DNA of 40,000 bases from Anoxybacillus ayderensis. GTDB lineage: Bacteria > Bacillota > Bacilli > Bacillales > Anoxybacillaceae. Positions 18,321 to 29,109 of the stretch are shown here, piece after piece; the first letter of the stretch is position 1, and each line of letters starts with the position of its first letter. The position numbers were made by a program, and so were the translations under genes. The stretch is taken from positions 223,312-263,311 of the forward strand of contig NZ_JXTG01000001.1 in the NCBI RefSeq assembly GCF_000833605.1. The letters run 5' to 3'. A model generated the notes under the pieces. The model had not been told where the DNA came from, ran no database searches, and was given only the letters and a program-made list of their open reading frames with translations.

Positions 18321-18377
18321 TACGAAATAGGGCGCACAGCCTAATTACGATCGATCAAAGCTGGAGGACATGCGCTT

Positions 18378-19142
18378 ATGTTTGAAAAGATGAAAAGATG
18401 GAAAAACAAAGAAGAAGCGTATTCAAAAGAAACCGTTTTACAAGGACCAATTCCTGCGCATGTGGCGATCATTATGGACGGAAACGGACGATGGGCGAAA
18501 AAACGTGCATTGCCACGGATGGCTGGACATTACGAAGGTATGCAAACGGTGCGAAAAATTACGCGCTTTGCCAACGAACTAGGTGTGAAAGTGTTAACGT
18601 TATATGCATTTTCAACAGAAAATTGGAAACGACCGAAAACAGAAGTCGATTATTTAATGCAGCTTCCTGAACAGTTTTTAACGACATTTTTGCCCGAGTT
18701 AATTGCAGAAAACGTACAAGTGCGCGTCATGGGACATAAAGACCAACTACCTTTACATACGTTACGTGCAGTCGATCAGGCGATCGAACAGACGAAACAA
18801 AATACCGGTTTAATTTTAAACTTTGCTTTAAACTACGGAAGCCGTGCAGAAATTGTACATGCGGTTCAAAAACTTGTTGACGATGTGCAAAACGGAGCGA
18901 TTCAAGCAAACGATGTCGATGAACAGTTGTTTCATTCTTATTTAATGACAAACGATTTGCCTGATCCTGATTTGCTTATTCGCACAAGCGGGGAAATTCG
19001 TTTAAGTAACTTTATGCTTTGGCAATTAGCATATACAGAGTTTTGGTTTACAGATGTATTATGGCCAGACTTCACAGAACAACACTTTTTACAGGCGGTA
19101 CATGAATTTCAGCAACGTAGCCGCCGATTTGGAGGCGTATAA
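18378..19142 (+). CDS. uppS: Undecaprenyl pyrophosphate synthase
   Basis: HVAIIMDGNGRWAKKR... YAFSTENWKRP... RTSGEIRLSNFMLWQ are cis-prenyltransferase signatures. Confidence 0.97.
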   Translation: MFEKMKRWKNKEEAYSKETVLQGPIPAHVAIIMDGNGRWAKKRALPRMAGHYEGMQTVRKITRFANELGVKVLTLYAFSTENWKRPKTEVDYLMQLPEQFLTTFLPELIAENVQVRVMGHKDQLPLHTLRAVDQAIEQTKQNTGLILNFALNYGSRAEIVHAVQKLVDDVQNGAIQANDVDEQLFHSYLMTNDLPDPDLLIRTSGEIRLSNFMLWQLAYTEFWFTDVLWPDFTEQHFLQAVHEFQQRSRRFGGV

Positions 19143-19148
19143 TTTCAT

Positions 19149-19916
19149 ATGAAACAAAGAATTGTGACAGCAATTATTGCAGCTTCAGTCTTTTTACCGA
19201 TCGTCATATATGGCGGATGGCCATTTTTAGTCTTAACGTATATACTCGCTACGGTTGGTTTATTTGAACTTATTCGCATGAAAAAAATGTCGCTTTTTTC
19301 GTTTCCAAGCATCGTTAGTTTTCTTGTATTATGGCTCTTTTTATATCCGTATGAACATATGATAAACATATGGATCCTCATCATCGGACTCTTTTTGTTG
19401 CTCATTTATACGGTCATATCTAAAAATGCGTTTACGTTTGATGATGTTGGGTTTATGATTGCTTCTTTACTATATGTAGGCGTTGGGTTTTATTCGTTTT
19501 TTCACGTGCGCGAAGCAGGGTTGTCGTATATTTTTTATGCGCTCTTTTTAATTTGGGCAACGGATAGCGGAGCGTACTTTATTGGTCGAGCGCTTGGAAA
19601 ACGAAAACTGTGGGAGCACATTAGCCCGAACAAAACAGTTGAAGGGGCTGTTGGAGGCATTTTATGTGCACTTTTTGTTGTCAGTGTTTATGAGTGGCTA
19701 TCACCGTTTGCTCCATCTTTTCCGATGTTACTGATCGCGACAGTCGTTTTATCCGTTTTCGGCCAACTCGGTGACTTAGTGGAGTCGGCGTTTAAACGGC
19801 ATTATGGAGTAAAAGATTCAGGTGCTATTTTGCCGGGGCATGGCGGCATTTTAGATCGCTTTGATAGTTTGTTGTTTATTTTACCAATTTTATATTTGTT
19901 TTACCTCATTGTTTAA
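19149..19916 (+). CDS. cdsA: Phosphatidate cytidylyltransferase (CDP-diglyceride synthase)
   Basis: Polytopic membrane protein with the CTP-transferase signature SAFKRHYGVKDSGAILPGHGGILDRFDS. Confidence 0.95.
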   Translation: MKQRIVTAIIAASVFLPIVIYGGWPFLVLTYILATVGLFELIRMKKMSLFSFPSIVSFLVLWLFLYPYEHMINIWILIIGLFLLLIYTVISKNAFTFDDVGFMIASLLYVGVGFYSFFHVREAGLSYIFYALFLIWATDSGAYFIGRALGKRKLWEHISPNKTVEGAVGGILCALFVVSVYEWLSPFAPSFPMLLIATVVLSVFGQLGDLVESAFKRHYGVKDSGAILPGHGGILDRFDSLLFILPILYLFYLIV

Positions 19917-19931
19917 AAAGGAGTGGACAGC

Positions 19932-21077
19932 TTGCGAGCAATTAGTTTATTAGGGGCGACGGGCTCGATTGGAATGCAAACGTTAGACGTCATTCGTGCT
20001 CATCGCGATGCGTTTCGTCTCGTTGCTTTTTCAGCTGGACGAAATATAGAACAGGCAAGAATGATCATTGAACAATTTTCACCAAAAGTTGTATGTGTTG
20101 CCCAAAAAGAAGATGCCGACATGTTGCAGAGCGAATATATTGGGCGAGTGCGCATCGTTTCAGGTGAAGATGGGCTCATTGAAGTGGCGACCGTTCAAGA
20201 AGCTGACATTGTCGTCAATGCGGTAGTAGGAAGCGTTGGACTAGTGCCTACGTTAAAAGCGATTGAGGCGAAAAAAACAATTGCGCTAGCTAATAAAGAA
20301 ACGTTAGTTACCGCAGGCCATCTCGTTATGAAGCACGCGATCGATTACGGTGTGTCGATTTTGCCTGTGGACAGTGAACATTCCGCTATTTTCCAATGTT
20401 TACAAGGAGAACAACAAAAAAATATCGAATGTATTATTTTGACGGCATCCGGCGGCAGTTTTCGCGATCGTACGCGCGAGCAGCTAGAACATGTCACGGT
20501 GGAAGAAGCGCTAAAACATCCGAATTGGTCGATGGGAGCAAAAATTACGATCGACTCTGCAACGATGATGAATAAAGGGCTTGAAGTGATCGAAGCACAT
20601 TGGTTGTTCCACCTACCGTACGAACAAATTGACGTTCTTTTACATAAAGAAAGCATCATTCATTCTATGGTGCAATTTCATGACGGAAGCGTAATTGCTC
20701 AGCTTGGAACGCCAGATATGCGCGTACCGATTCAATATGCGCTAACGTATCCGGATCGTTTTCCGCTACATATCGAACGACTGAACTTAGCACAAGTAGC
20801 CACGTTGCATTTTCAAAAAGTGGACATGAACCGGTTCCGTTGTTTACAATTTGCTTATGAGGCAGGAAACATAGGTGGAACGATGCCGACCGTATTAAAT
20901 GCAGCGAATGAAGAAGCGGTGGCAGCCTTTTTAGCTGGACGAATATCGTTTTTAGCGATTGAACAATGCATTGAACAAGCGATGGAGCGGCACGTGCCGA
21001 TTGCTCATCCAGATCTTGAGACGATTCGCGAAGTCGATCGTGAAACGAGACAATATGTAAAATCACTACACATGTAA
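19932..21077 (+). CDS. dxr: 1-deoxy-D-xylulose 5-phosphate reductoisomerase
   Basis: [16 protein letters not shown]-binding motif, LANKE, DSEHSA and [10 protein letters not shown] prefer TTG 19932, 8 nt after AAGGAG. The track start GTG 19923 overlaps that SD but remains possible. Confidence 0.95.
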   Translation: MRAISLLGATGSIGMQTLDVIRAHRDAFRLVAFSAGRNIEQARMIIEQFSPKVVCVAQKEDADMLQSEYIGRVRIVSGEDGLIEVATVQEADIVVNAVVGSVGLVPTLKAIEAKKTIALANKETLVTAGHLVMKHAIDYGVSILPVDSEHSAIFQCLQGEQQKNIECIILTASGGSFRDRTREQLEHVTVEEALKHPNWSMGAKITIDSATMMNKGLEVIEAHWLFHLPYEQIDVLLHKESIIHSMVQFHDGSVIAQLGTPDMRVPIQYALTYPDRFPLHIERLNLAQVATLHFQKVDMNRFRCLQFAYEAGNIGGTMPTVLNAANEEAVAAFLAGRISFLAIEQCIEQAMERHVPIAHPDLETIREVDRETRQYVKSLHM

Positions 21078-21080
21078 AAG

Positions 21081-22349
21081 GTGGTTGAAACGTTGGAAAC
21101 GGTTATTGCTTTTATTGTCATTTTTGGTGCGCTTGTGTTTTTTCATGAATTAGGGCACTTCATTTTCGCAAAGCGAGCAGGTATTTTATGTCGCGAATTT
21201 GCGATTGGATTCGGTCCGAAAGTGTTTTCGATGAAAAAAGGAGAAACGACATATACGATTCGTTTGCTCCCGCTTGGCGGTTTTGTGCGCATGGCCGGCG
21301 AAGATCCAGAAATGATTGACGTGAAGCGCGGTCAAGTTGTCGGCTTATTGTTTCATGAAGACGGGAAAGTGAAAAAAGTGATCGTCAATCATAAAGACGA
21401 ATATCCCGATGCGAAAATCATTGAAGTAGAACGCGCTGATTTTGAACATGAGTTATATATTGAAGGATATGAAGGCGATGATGAGCGTTTACAACGCTTT
21501 GAATTAAGCGATCCTGCTTACATCGTCATCGATCGAGAAGAAGTGCAAATTGCGCCATACGATCGTCAATTTGGTTCTAAAACGCTCGGACAGCGCGCGA
21601 TGGCCATTTTTGCTGGTCCGTTGATGAATTTTATTTTAGCGCTTGTCATTTTCATTCTTATCGGACTGTTGCAAGGTTATCCGGTTGATAAACCAGTGAT
21701 TGGTGAATTGACAGAGGATGGTGCTGCACGTCAAGCTGGGCTACAACAAGGGGATGTCGTCATGTCGATTAATGGACAGCCGATGTCTTCTTGGACAGAT
21801 GTTGTGACAATCATTCGAAAAAGCCCAGAAAAACCGCTTCAATTTCAAGTAAATCGCAACGGTCAAATCATTGATCTCACCGTCACACCAGAAAAGAAAA
21901 CGATCGAAGGTGAAACGATCGGTCTCATCGGTGTGTATGGACCGATGGAAAAGTCGTTTGTCGGGGCGATAAAACAAGGAGCGTTAGAGACGTACTATTG
22001 GACAAAAGAAATCATCGTTGGATTAGGTCATTTGTTGACGGGGAAATTTTCTTTTGATATGTTGTCCGGACCTGTTGGCATTGCTGTTTCGACTCATAAA
22101 GTCGCTCAATCCGGTGTGTATTACTTAATGAAATGGGGAGCGATTTTAAGCATTAACTTAGGCATTATCAACTTGCTTCCACTTCCGGCGCTCGATGGAG
22201 GACGGTTAACGTTTTTTGCGATTGAAGCGTTGCGTGGAAAACCGATTGATCGTCAAAAAGAAGGCATTGTACACTTTATCGGTTTTGCCCTTCTTATGTT
22301 GCTTATGCTTGTTGTTACATGGAATGACATTCAAAAATTTTTCTTATAA
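21081..22349 (+). CDS. rseP: Site-2 intramembrane zinc metalloprotease RseP/RasP (YluC)
   Basis: HELGH zinc motif, an internal PDZ domain and NLLPLPALDGG. GTG 21081 lies inside AAAGGTGG, so the in-frame TTG 21093 is an alternative start. Confidence 0.95.
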   Translation: MVETLETVIAFIVIFGALVFFHELGHFIFAKRAGILCREFAIGFGPKVFSMKKGETTYTIRLLPLGGFVRMAGEDPEMIDVKRGQVVGLLFHEDGKVKKVIVNHKDEYPDAKIIEVERADFEHELYIEGYEGDDERLQRFELSDPAYIVIDREEVQIAPYDRQFGSKTLGQRAMAIFAGPLMNFILALVIFILIGLLQGYPVDKPVIGELTEDGAARQAGLQQGDVVMSINGQPMSSWTDVVTIIRKSPEKPLQFQVNRNGQIIDLTVTPEKKTIEGETIGLIGVYGPMEKSFVGAIKQGALETYYWTKEIIVGLGHLLTGKFSFDMLSGPVGIAVSTHKVAQSGVYYLMKWGAILSINLGIINLLPLPALDGGRLTFFAIEALRGKPIDRQKEGIVHFIGFALLMLLMLVVTWNDIQKFFL

Positions 22350-22377
22350 TTAAATGAAGTAAGAGGTGCTAAAAAAG

Positions 22378-24072
22378 ATGAAACAAAGTATGTCGTTTAT
22401 TCCTACATTACGTGAAGTGCCGGCAGATGCGGAAATTAAAAGCCATCAACTGCTGCTTCGTGCCGGCTTTATTCGCCAAAATGCAAGCGGAGTATATAGC
22501 TTTTTGCCACTTGGTAAGCGCGTGCTGCAAAAAATTGAAGCGATCATTCGCGAAGAAATGGAGCGTGCTGGTGCTATTGAACTGTTGATGCCAGCGCTTC
22601 AACAAGCGGAATTATGGCAAGAATCAGGTCGTTGGTATTCATACGGACCAGAATTAATGCGTTTAAAAGATCGTCACGATCGCGACTTTGCACTCGGTGC
22701 GACACATGAAGAAGTCATTACGGCGCTCGTTCGTGATGAAGTGAAATCGTATAAACGGTTACCGCTTACGCTTTATCAAATTCAAACGAAGTTTCGCGAT
22801 GAAAAACGTCCGCGCTTCGGTTTGCTTCGCGGTCGCGAATTTATTATGAAAGATGCGTATTCATTCCACGCTTCACAAGAAAGTTTAGACGAAGTGTACA
22901 ATAAAATGTACGAAGCATATGCGAACGTGTTCCGACGCTGCGGATTAAATTTCCGTGCCGTCATTGCGGACTCTGGTGCAATGGGTGGCAAAGATACGCA
23001 TGAATTTATGGTTTTATCCGATGTTGGTGAAGACACGATCGCATATTCAGATTCGTCTGATTATGCGGCAAACATTGAAATGGCGCCGGTGATTACGACT
23101 TATGAGCGAAGTGATGAACCGCATGCACCGCTTGAGAAAGTGCATACACCAGAACAACGTTCGATTGAAGAAGTGAGCCAATTTCTTCAAGTACCAAAAG
23201 AAAAATGTATCAAGTCGCTATTATTTAAAGTAGACGATCGCTATGTCCTCGTTCTTGTGCGCGGTGATCATGAAGTCAATGATGTAAAAGTAAAAAATAT
23301 ATTAGAAGCAACTGTTGTAGAATTGGCAACGCCAGAAGAAACGAAGCAAGTGATGAACTGTGAGATTGGTTCACTTGGCCCGATTGGTGTTCGTGATGGT
23401 GTCCTCGTTTTAGCTGACCATGCGGTAAAAGCGGTTGTCAACGGTGTGTGTGGAGCGAATGAAGCGCACTACCATTATAAAGGGGTCAATCCAGATCGTG
23501 ATTTTGCTGCGCAATATGCGGATGTGCGTTTCATTCAAGAAGGGGATCCGTCACCAGATGGAAAAGGGACGATTCGTTTTGCGCGCGGAATTGAAGTTGG
23601 ACACGTATTTAAACTTGGGACTCGTTATAGCGAAGCGATGAATGCGACGTATTTAGATGAAAACGGACGTACGCAGCCGATGATTATGGGTTGTTATGGT
23701 ATCGGTGTATCGCGTACGCTTGCGGCAATTGCTGAGCAATATAACGATGAGCATGGACTCATATGGCCAACTGCGGTGGCTCCTTTCCACATTCACTTAA
23801 TTTCTGTAAATCCAAAAGTGGACGAGCAACGAGAGCTTGCTGATGAATGGTATGTACGTTTACAACAAGAAGGATTTGAAGTGCTGTATGACGATCGTGC
23901 CGAGCGTCCAGGAGTCAAATTTGCTGACAGCGATTTAATTGGGTTACCTGTGCGTGTGACGGTCGGAAAACGTGCAAATGAAGGAATCGTTGAAGTAAAA
24001 GTACGAAAAACAGGTGAAACAGAAGAAGTACACGTGTCGCAATTAGTCGAAACGTTGCGCCGTTACTTATAG
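22378..24072 (+). CDS. proS: Prolyl-tRNA synthetase (bacterial type with editing insertion)
   Basis: [31 protein letters not shown] matches the remembered B. subtilis ProS N-terminus. Class II motifs are present. ATG 22378 follows AGAGGTG. Confidence 0.97.
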   Translation: MKQSMSFIPTLREVPADAEIKSHQLLLRAGFIRQNASGVYSFLPLGKRVLQKIEAIIREEMERAGAIELLMPALQQAELWQESGRWYSYGPELMRLKDRHDRDFALGATHEEVITALVRDEVKSYKRLPLTLYQIQTKFRDEKRPRFGLLRGREFIMKDAYSFHASQESLDEVYNKMYEAYANVFRRCGLNFRAVIADSGAMGGKDTHEFMVLSDVGEDTIAYSDSSDYAANIEMAPVITTYERSDEPHAPLEKVHTPEQRSIEEVSQFLQVPKEKCIKSLLFKVDDRYVLVLVRGDHEVNDVKVKNILEATVVELATPEETKQVMNCEIGSLGPIGVRDGVLVLADHAVKAVVNGVCGANEAHYHYKGVNPDRDFAAQYADVRFIQEGDPSPDGKGTIRFARGIEVGHVFKLGTRYSEAMNATYLDENGRTQPMIMGCYGIGVSRTLAAIAEQYNDEHGLIWPTAVAPFHIHLISVNPKVDEQRELADEWYVRLQQEGFEVLYDDRAERPGVKFADSDLIGLPVRVTVGKRANEGIVEVKVRKTGETEEVHVSQLVETLRRYL

Positions 24073-24075
24073 GCA

Positions 24076-24098
24076 GAGAGGGGGGCCCCCCTCTTTCT
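24076..24098 (+). terminator. Putative terminator after proS
   Basis: GAGGGGGG/CCCCCCTC perfect GC palindrome (24078-24093) followed by the weak T-tract TTTCTGT. Confidence 0.45.
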
Positions 24099-24172
24099 GT
24101 CGTCTATCGCTCCCAAACGATGTATAAAAAAGAAAGGGAGGTGTACCGTTACATTTTTTGTAACGAACAACG

Positions 24173-27100
24173 ATGAGAGAAGAACAAAAAGAACGATTTT
24201 CGATTTTACTACAACAGCTACAGCTTTCTTCACATATGGCAGATGACTTATTGCATGGACGGATTGAAAAAGTTGTTGTTGATAAACGAATGAAATGTTG
24301 GCACTTTTATTTTCGATTTCCTGCGATTTTACGAGCGCACGTATATGTCGAGTTTCGTAAACGACTAATCGAACAATTTCGCCATATTGCCGATGTGCAA
24401 TGCACGATAGAAGTAGAAGATCAAACGTTTACTGCTGAAGATGTCGTGTCGTACTGGCCAATATTTGTTGACACGATTCAACAAACATCACCGCTTTTTT
24501 CACTACTTACACAGCAGCAACCGGAAGTAAAAGGGACGAAAGTCACTGTACAAGCGCGCAATGAAGCAGAAGCGATCGCGTTGAAAAAGCGATTTGCGGA
24601 AATGTTCGCTGCGACGTATGTTTCTTTCGGATTTCCGCACTTGCAGTTAGAAGCGAGTGTAAAACACGACGAGCAGCAGTTTGAACAATTTTTAGTGCAA
24701 AAACAAAAAGAAGATGAAGAACGAGCGTTAGCCGCGTTTATGGAAGCAATGCCGAAACAAGAAGATCCTACTGTAAGTGACACAAGCGGTCCGCTTGTGA
24801 TCGGCTATCAAATTAAAGATGACGAACATATTCGTCCGCTCGATCAAATTGTAGAGGAAGAACGTCGCGTCGCTGTGCAAGGATACATTTTTGATGCTGA
24901 AGCAAAAGAACTAAAAAGCGGACGTACGTTATTGACGTTAAAAATAACGGACTATACAAATTCGATTCTTGTCAAAATGTTCTCGCGCGATAAAGAAGAC
25001 GCCGAGCTTATGCAACGTGTAAAAAAAGGAATGTGGGTAAAAGTGCGCGGCAGCGTGCAAAATGACACATTCGTGCGAGATCTTGTGCTTATTGCGAACG
25101 ATTTGAATGAAGTGAAACCGAATGAACGTCAAGATACAGCGGAAGAAAAACGGGTAGAATTGCACGTTCATACTCAAATGAGCCAAATGGATGCGGTCGC
25201 TTCCATTACAAAGCTTGTCGAACAAGCGAAAAAATGGGGGCATGAAGCAATTGCTGTCACGGATCATGCGGTCGTTCAATCGTTTCCGGAAGCATATAGT
25301 GCGGGAAAAAAATATGGTGTAAAAATTTTATATGGACTAGAAGCAAATATTGTCGATGACGGGGTACCAATCGCTTATAACGAGGCGCATCGACGGCTAA
25401 TGGACGATACGTTTGTCGTATTTGACGTGGAAACGACAGGGCTTTCTGCTGTATATGATACAATTATTGAATTAGCAGCGGTCAAAGTAAAAAACGGGGA
25501 AATTATCGACCGTTTTGAGTCGTTTGCGAATCCGCATCACCCGCTTTCCGCAACGACAATCGAATTAACGAAAATTACAGATGACATGTTAAAAGATGCG
25601 CCAGATGTCGAAGAAGTGTTAGAAAAGTTTTATCATTGGATCGATGATTGTGTGCTCGTTGCTCATAATGCGACGTTTGACATCGGTTTTTTAAATGCAG
25701 GATTTAAAAAGATAAATCGAGGTAAAGTAACGAATCCGGTTATTGATACACTTGAACTTGCTCGCTATTTATATCCAGAGTTAAAAAACCATCGTTTAAA
25801 TACGCTTTGTAAGAAATTTAATATTGAATTAACCCAGCACCATCGCGCGATTTATGACGCCGAGGCGACAGGATATTTACTTATTCATTTGGTGAAAGAA
25901 CTTGATGAAAAAGGAATTCAATATCTCGACCAATTAAACGAAGCATCGAAAGAACAAGGGGCGTTCCAACGTTCCAGACCGTTTCATGCAACGTTGCTTG
26001 TACAAAATGAAGTCGGTTTAAAAAATTTATTTAAACTCGTATCGTTTTCACATGTGAACTATTTTTATCGCGTGCCACGCATCCCACGTTCCGTATTGCA
26101 ACAACATCGCGAAGGCATTTTAGTTGGATCAGGTTGCGATAAAGGCGAGTTATTTGAAGCGATGATGCAAAAAGGAATTGAAGAAGCGGAGGCGATTGCA
26201 CCGTTTTACGACTTTCTTGAAGTGCATCCGCCAGAAGTATATGCGCCGCTTATTGAGATGGAATACGTACGCGATGAAGCAGCACTCAAAGAAATTATTA
26301 CAAACATTGTGCAACTTGGCGAACGGCTCGGCATTCCGGTTGTTGCGACTGGAAATGTGCATTACATCAATCGAGAAGATAAAATATATCGCAAAATTTT
26401 AATTCATTCACAATCTGGTGGAAATTCGTTAAATCGACACGAATTGCCAAACGTTCATTTTCGTACGACAAACGAAATGTTAGAAGCGTTTTCGTTTCTT
26501 GGTGAACAAAAAGCAAAAGAAATTGTTGTGACAAATACGAAAAAAATCGCTCATTTAATCGAAGAAGTGAAACCGATTAAAGATGAATTGTACACACCGA
26601 AAATTGAAGGAGCGGACGAAGAAATTCGTCGGATGAGCTATGAACGGGCGAAAAGTATTTATGGTGACCCGCTTCCAGACATCGTTGAAAAACGGCTAGA
26701 AAAAGAATTAAAAAGCATTATTGGTCACGGGTTTGCAGTCATTTATTTAATTTCTCATAAACTTGTAAAGAAATCGCTTGATGACGGATATCTTGTCGGT
26801 TCACGCGGCTCGGTTGGCTCATCGTTTGTCGCAACGATGACGGAGATTACGGAAGTGAACCCGCTTCCACCGCATTATGTTTGTCCGAACTGTAAACATT
26901 CCGAGTTTTTCGATGACGGTTCGGTCGGCTCAGGATTTGACCTACCGGATAAAAACTGCCCAAAATGTGGCGTGCGATACAATAAAGACGGTCACGATAT
27001 TCCGTTCGAGACGTTTTTAGGGTTTAAAGGAGATAAAGTGCCAGATATCGATTTAAACTTTTCGGGTGAGTATCAACCGCAAGCGCATAACTATACGAAA

Positions 27101-28462
27101 GTGTTATTCGGTGAAGATAACGTATATCGTGCAGGAACGATCGGTACTGTCGCTGACAAAACGGCATACGGATTCGTCAAAGGGTATATAAACGATCACA
27201 ACCTTCATGTGCGCGGGGCGGAAATTGATCGTTTAGCTGCAGGATGTACAGGAGTGAAACGAACGACAGGGCAACATCCAGGTGGGATTATTGTCGTGCC
27301 AGATTACATGGATATTTATGACTTTACACCAATTCAATATCCAGCCGACGATACGAGCGCGGAGTGGCGCACGACGCATTTTGACTTCCACTCTATTCAT
27401 GATAACTTATTAAAACTTGATATTCTCGGACACGATGATCCAACGGTCATTCGGATGTTACAAGATTTAAGTGGCATTGATCCGAAGACGATACCGACAG
27501 ACGATCCGGAAGTGATGAAAATTTTTAGTAGCACGGAATCGCTTGGTGTGACGCCGGAACAAATTATGTGTAACACCGGAACGCTTGGTATTCCAGAGTT
27601 CGGTACAAGATTTGTTCGTCAAATGTTAGAAGAAACAAAACCGAAAACATTTTCAGAACTTGTACAAATTTCCGGGTTATCGCACGGAACGGACGTTTGG
27701 CTCGGCAATGCACAAGAGCTCATTCAAAATGGGACATGTACGCTATCTGAAGTCATTGGATGTCGCGACGACATTATGGTGTATTTAATTTATCGTGGGT
27801 TAGAGCCGTCGTTAGCATTTAAAATTATGGAGTCCGTTCGAAAAGGAAAAGGATTAACGCCTGAGTTTGAAGAAGAAATGCGCAAACATGATGTGCCAGA
27901 ATGGTACATTGAATCATGTAAAAAAATTAAATACATGTTCCCAAAAGCGCATGCTGCTGCTTACGTGCTCATGGCTGTTCGCATCGCGTACTTTAAAGTC
28001 CACCATCCGCTTCTTTATTACGCATCGTATTTTACTGTGCGTGCAGAAGATTTTGATTTAGATGCGATGATTCAAGGGTCTGCTGCGATTCGTAAACGAA
28101 TTGAAGAAATTCAAGCAAAAGGGCTCGATGCGTCCCCGAAAGAAAAAAGCTTGTTGACTGTGCTTGAAATTGCCCTTGAAATGTGCGAACGAGGATTTTC
28201 GTTCAAAAATATTGATTTGTATCGTTCACAAGCAACAGAGTTTATTATTGACGGAAATTCGCTTATTCCGCCGTTTAATGCGATTCCTGGACTAGGGACA
28301 AACGTGGCTCAAAGCATTGTACGCGCACGTGAAGAAGGCGAGTTTTTATCGAAAGAAGATTTGCAACAACGCGGCAAAGTATCGAAAACGATTTTAGAAT
28401 ATCTCGAAAGCCGTGGGTGCTTACAGTCGCTACCGGATCACAATCAATTATCACTCTTTTGA
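24173..28462 (+). CDS. polC: DNA polymerase III alpha subunit, PolC type
   Basis: 1429 aa with a PHP domain ([10 protein letters not shown]), a DEDD proofreading exonuclease ([32 protein letters not shown]), a Zn finger (CPNCKH...CPKCG) and a polymerase core. The N-terminus matches remembered B. subtilis PolC. An in-frame stop at 24161 rules out any longer ORF. Confidence 0.98.
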   Translation: MREEQKERFSILLQQLQLSSHMADDLLHGRIEKVVVDKRMKCWHFYFRFPAILRAHVYVEFRKRLIEQFRHIADVQCTIEVEDQTFTAEDVVSYWPIFVDTIQQTSPLFSLLTQQQPEVKGTKVTVQARNEAEAIALKKRFAEMFAATYVSFGFPHLQLEASVKHDEQQFEQFLVQKQKEDEERALAAFMEAMPKQEDPTVSDTSGPLVIGYQIKDDEHIRPLDQIVEEERRVAVQGYIFDAEAKELKSGRTLLTLKITDYTNSILVKMFSRDKEDAELMQRVKKGMWVKVRGSVQNDTFVRDLVLIANDLNEVKPNERQDTAEEKRVELHVHTQMSQMDAVASITKLVEQAKKWGHEAIAVTDHAVVQSFPEAYSAGKKYGVKILYGLEANIVDDGVPIAYNEAHRRLMDDTFVVFDVETTGLSAVYDTIIELAAVKVKNGEIIDRFESFANPHHPLSATTIELTKITDDMLKDAPDVEEVLEKFYHWIDDCVLVAHNATFDIGFLNAGFKKINRGKVTNPVIDTLELARYLYPELKNHRLNTLCKKFNIELTQHHRAIYDAEATGYLLIHLVKELDEKGIQYLDQLNEASKEQGAFQRSRPFHATLLVQNEVGLKNLFKLVSFSHVNYFYRVPRIPRSVLQQHREGILVGSGCDKGELFEAMMQKGIEEAEAIAPFYDFLEVHPPEVYAPLIEMEYVRDEAALKEIITNIVQLGERLGIPVVATGNVHYINREDKIYRKILIHSQSGGNSLNRHELPNVHFRTTNEMLEAFSFLGEQKAKEIVVTNTKKIAHLIEEVKPIKDELYTPKIEGADEEIRRMSYERAKSIYGDPLPDIVEKRLEKELKSIIGHGFAVIYLISHKLVKKSLDDGYLVGSRGSVGSSFVATMTEITEVNPLPPHYVCPNCKHSEFFDDGSVGSGFDLPDKNCPKCGVRYNKDGHDIPFETFLGFKGDKVPDIDLNFSGEYQPQAHNYTKVLFGEDNVYRAGTIGTVADKTAYGFVKGYINDHNLHVRGAEIDRLAAGCTGVKRTTGQHPGGIIVVPDYMDIYDFTPIQYPADDTSAEWRTTHFDFHSIHDNLLKLDILGHDDPTVIRMLQDLSGIDPKTIPTDDPEVMKIFSSTESLGVTPEQIMCNTGTLGIPEFGTRFVRQMLEETKPKTFSELVQISGLSHGTDVWLGNAQELIQNGTCTLSEVIGCRDDIMVYLIYRGLEPSLAFKIMESVRKGKGLTPEFEEEMRKHDVPEWYIESCKKIKYMFPKAHAAAYVLMAVRIAYFKVHHPLLYYASYFTVRAEDFDLDAMIQGSAAIRKRIEEIQAKGLDASPKEKSLLTVLEIALEMCERGFSFKNIDLYRSQATEFIIDGNSLIPPFNAIPGLGTNVAQSIVRAREEGEFLSKEDLQQRGKVSKTILEYLESRGCLQSLPDHNQLSLF

Positions 28463-28467
28463 ATGAG

Positions 28468-28496
28468 TTGCAATTTTTTTGCCAATATGTTATAGT
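28468..28496 (+). promoter_or_regulatory. Putative sigma-A promoter of the rimP-nusA-infB operon
   Basis: TTGCAA (28468-28473), a 17-nt spacer, then TATAGT (28491-28496) with an extended -10 TG at 28488-28489. It lies 6 nt after the polC stop. Confidence 0.5.
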
Positions 28497-28526
28497 TCTA
28501 GTGGAAATGGTAAAGATAATGGACAA

Positions 28527-28550
28527 AAAGAGTGGGGAAACCCACTCTTT
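28527..28550 (+). terminator. Leader hairpin 1 (polC 3' end and/or rimP leader)
   Basis: 10-bp stem AAAGAGTGGG with CCCACTCTTT and a GAAA tetraloop. The downstream tract CGTATTGATTT is a poor U-tract. Confidence 0.4.
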
Positions 28551-28565
28551 CGTATTGATTTGAGA

Positions 28566-28593
28566 TTCCTTGCCAACCGCAAGGGATTTTCTT
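28566..28593 (+). terminator. Leader hairpin 2, a terminator-like attenuator upstream of rimP
   Basis: 8-bp stem TTCCTTGC (28566-28573) with GCAAGGGA (28579-28586), followed by TTTTCTT. It ends a few nt before the rimP SD AGGAGG. Confidence 0.5.
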
Positions 28594-28611
28594 GCAGTTA
28601 GGAGGACCAAC

Positions 28612-29082
28612 ATGAAAAAAGTGACGCACATCGTTGAGGAGCTCGTTACCCCGATCGTGACAGATATGGGGTTAGAACTTGTCGACATTGAATATGCGAA
28701 AGAAGGAAAGAATTGGTTTTTGCGCGTCTTTATTGATTCACCAACTGGAATTGATATCGATCAATGCGGTGTCGTAAGCGAACGATTAAGTGAAAAGCTT
28801 GATGAAATCGATCCGATTCCGCACAATTATTTTTTAGAAGTATCGTCACCGGGAGCAGAACGTCCGCTTAAAAAGGCGAAAGATTTTGAACGCGCCGTTG
28901 GGAAAAACGTTTATGTGAAAACGTATGAGCCAATTGATGGTCAAAAAGAATTTGAAGGACTATTAACTGCATTTGATGGTCAAACGGTGACCGTAGAAGT
29001 AAAAGTCAAAACAAAGAAAAAAATGGTGACCATTCCATACGAAAAAGTAGCTAGTGCACGGCTAGCTGTCATTTTCTCTTAA
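28612..29082 (+). CDS. rimP: Ribosome maturation factor RimP (YlxS)
   Basis: ATG 28612 follows [19 protein letters not shown] is the RimP signature. 156 aa. Confidence 0.95.
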   Translation: MKKVTHIVEELVTPIVTDMGLELVDIEYAKEGKNWFLRVFIDSPTGIDIDQCGVVSERLSEKLDEIDPIPHNYFLEVSSPGAERPLKKAKDFERAVGKNVYVKTYEPIDGQKEFEGLLTAFDGQTVTVEVKVKTKKKMVTIPYEKVASARLAVIFS

Positions 29083-29109
29083 TTCACATTAAAGGGGGAC
29101 GACCGGTTC

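Noticed and set aside
22350-22377. A possible T-box or other leader upstream of the aminoacyl-tRNA synthetase gene proS.
   Set aside because: The rseP-proS spacer is only 28 nt and holds nothing but an SD. That is far too short for a T-box riboswitch.
24078-24093. The G6C6-centred perfect palindrome GAGGGGGGCCCCCCTC, considered as a possible exotic site for recombination or restriction.
   Set aside because: It sits immediately after the proS stop and is followed by a T-rich tract, which fits an ordinary, if loop-less, terminator hairpin.
24158-24163. A TTG-TAA start-stop mini-ORF in the polC leader.
   Set aside because: It lies 16 nt from the SD and inside the hairpin loop and 3' arm. There is no reason to prefer it over the hairpin-bridging or ATGA-coupling explanations.
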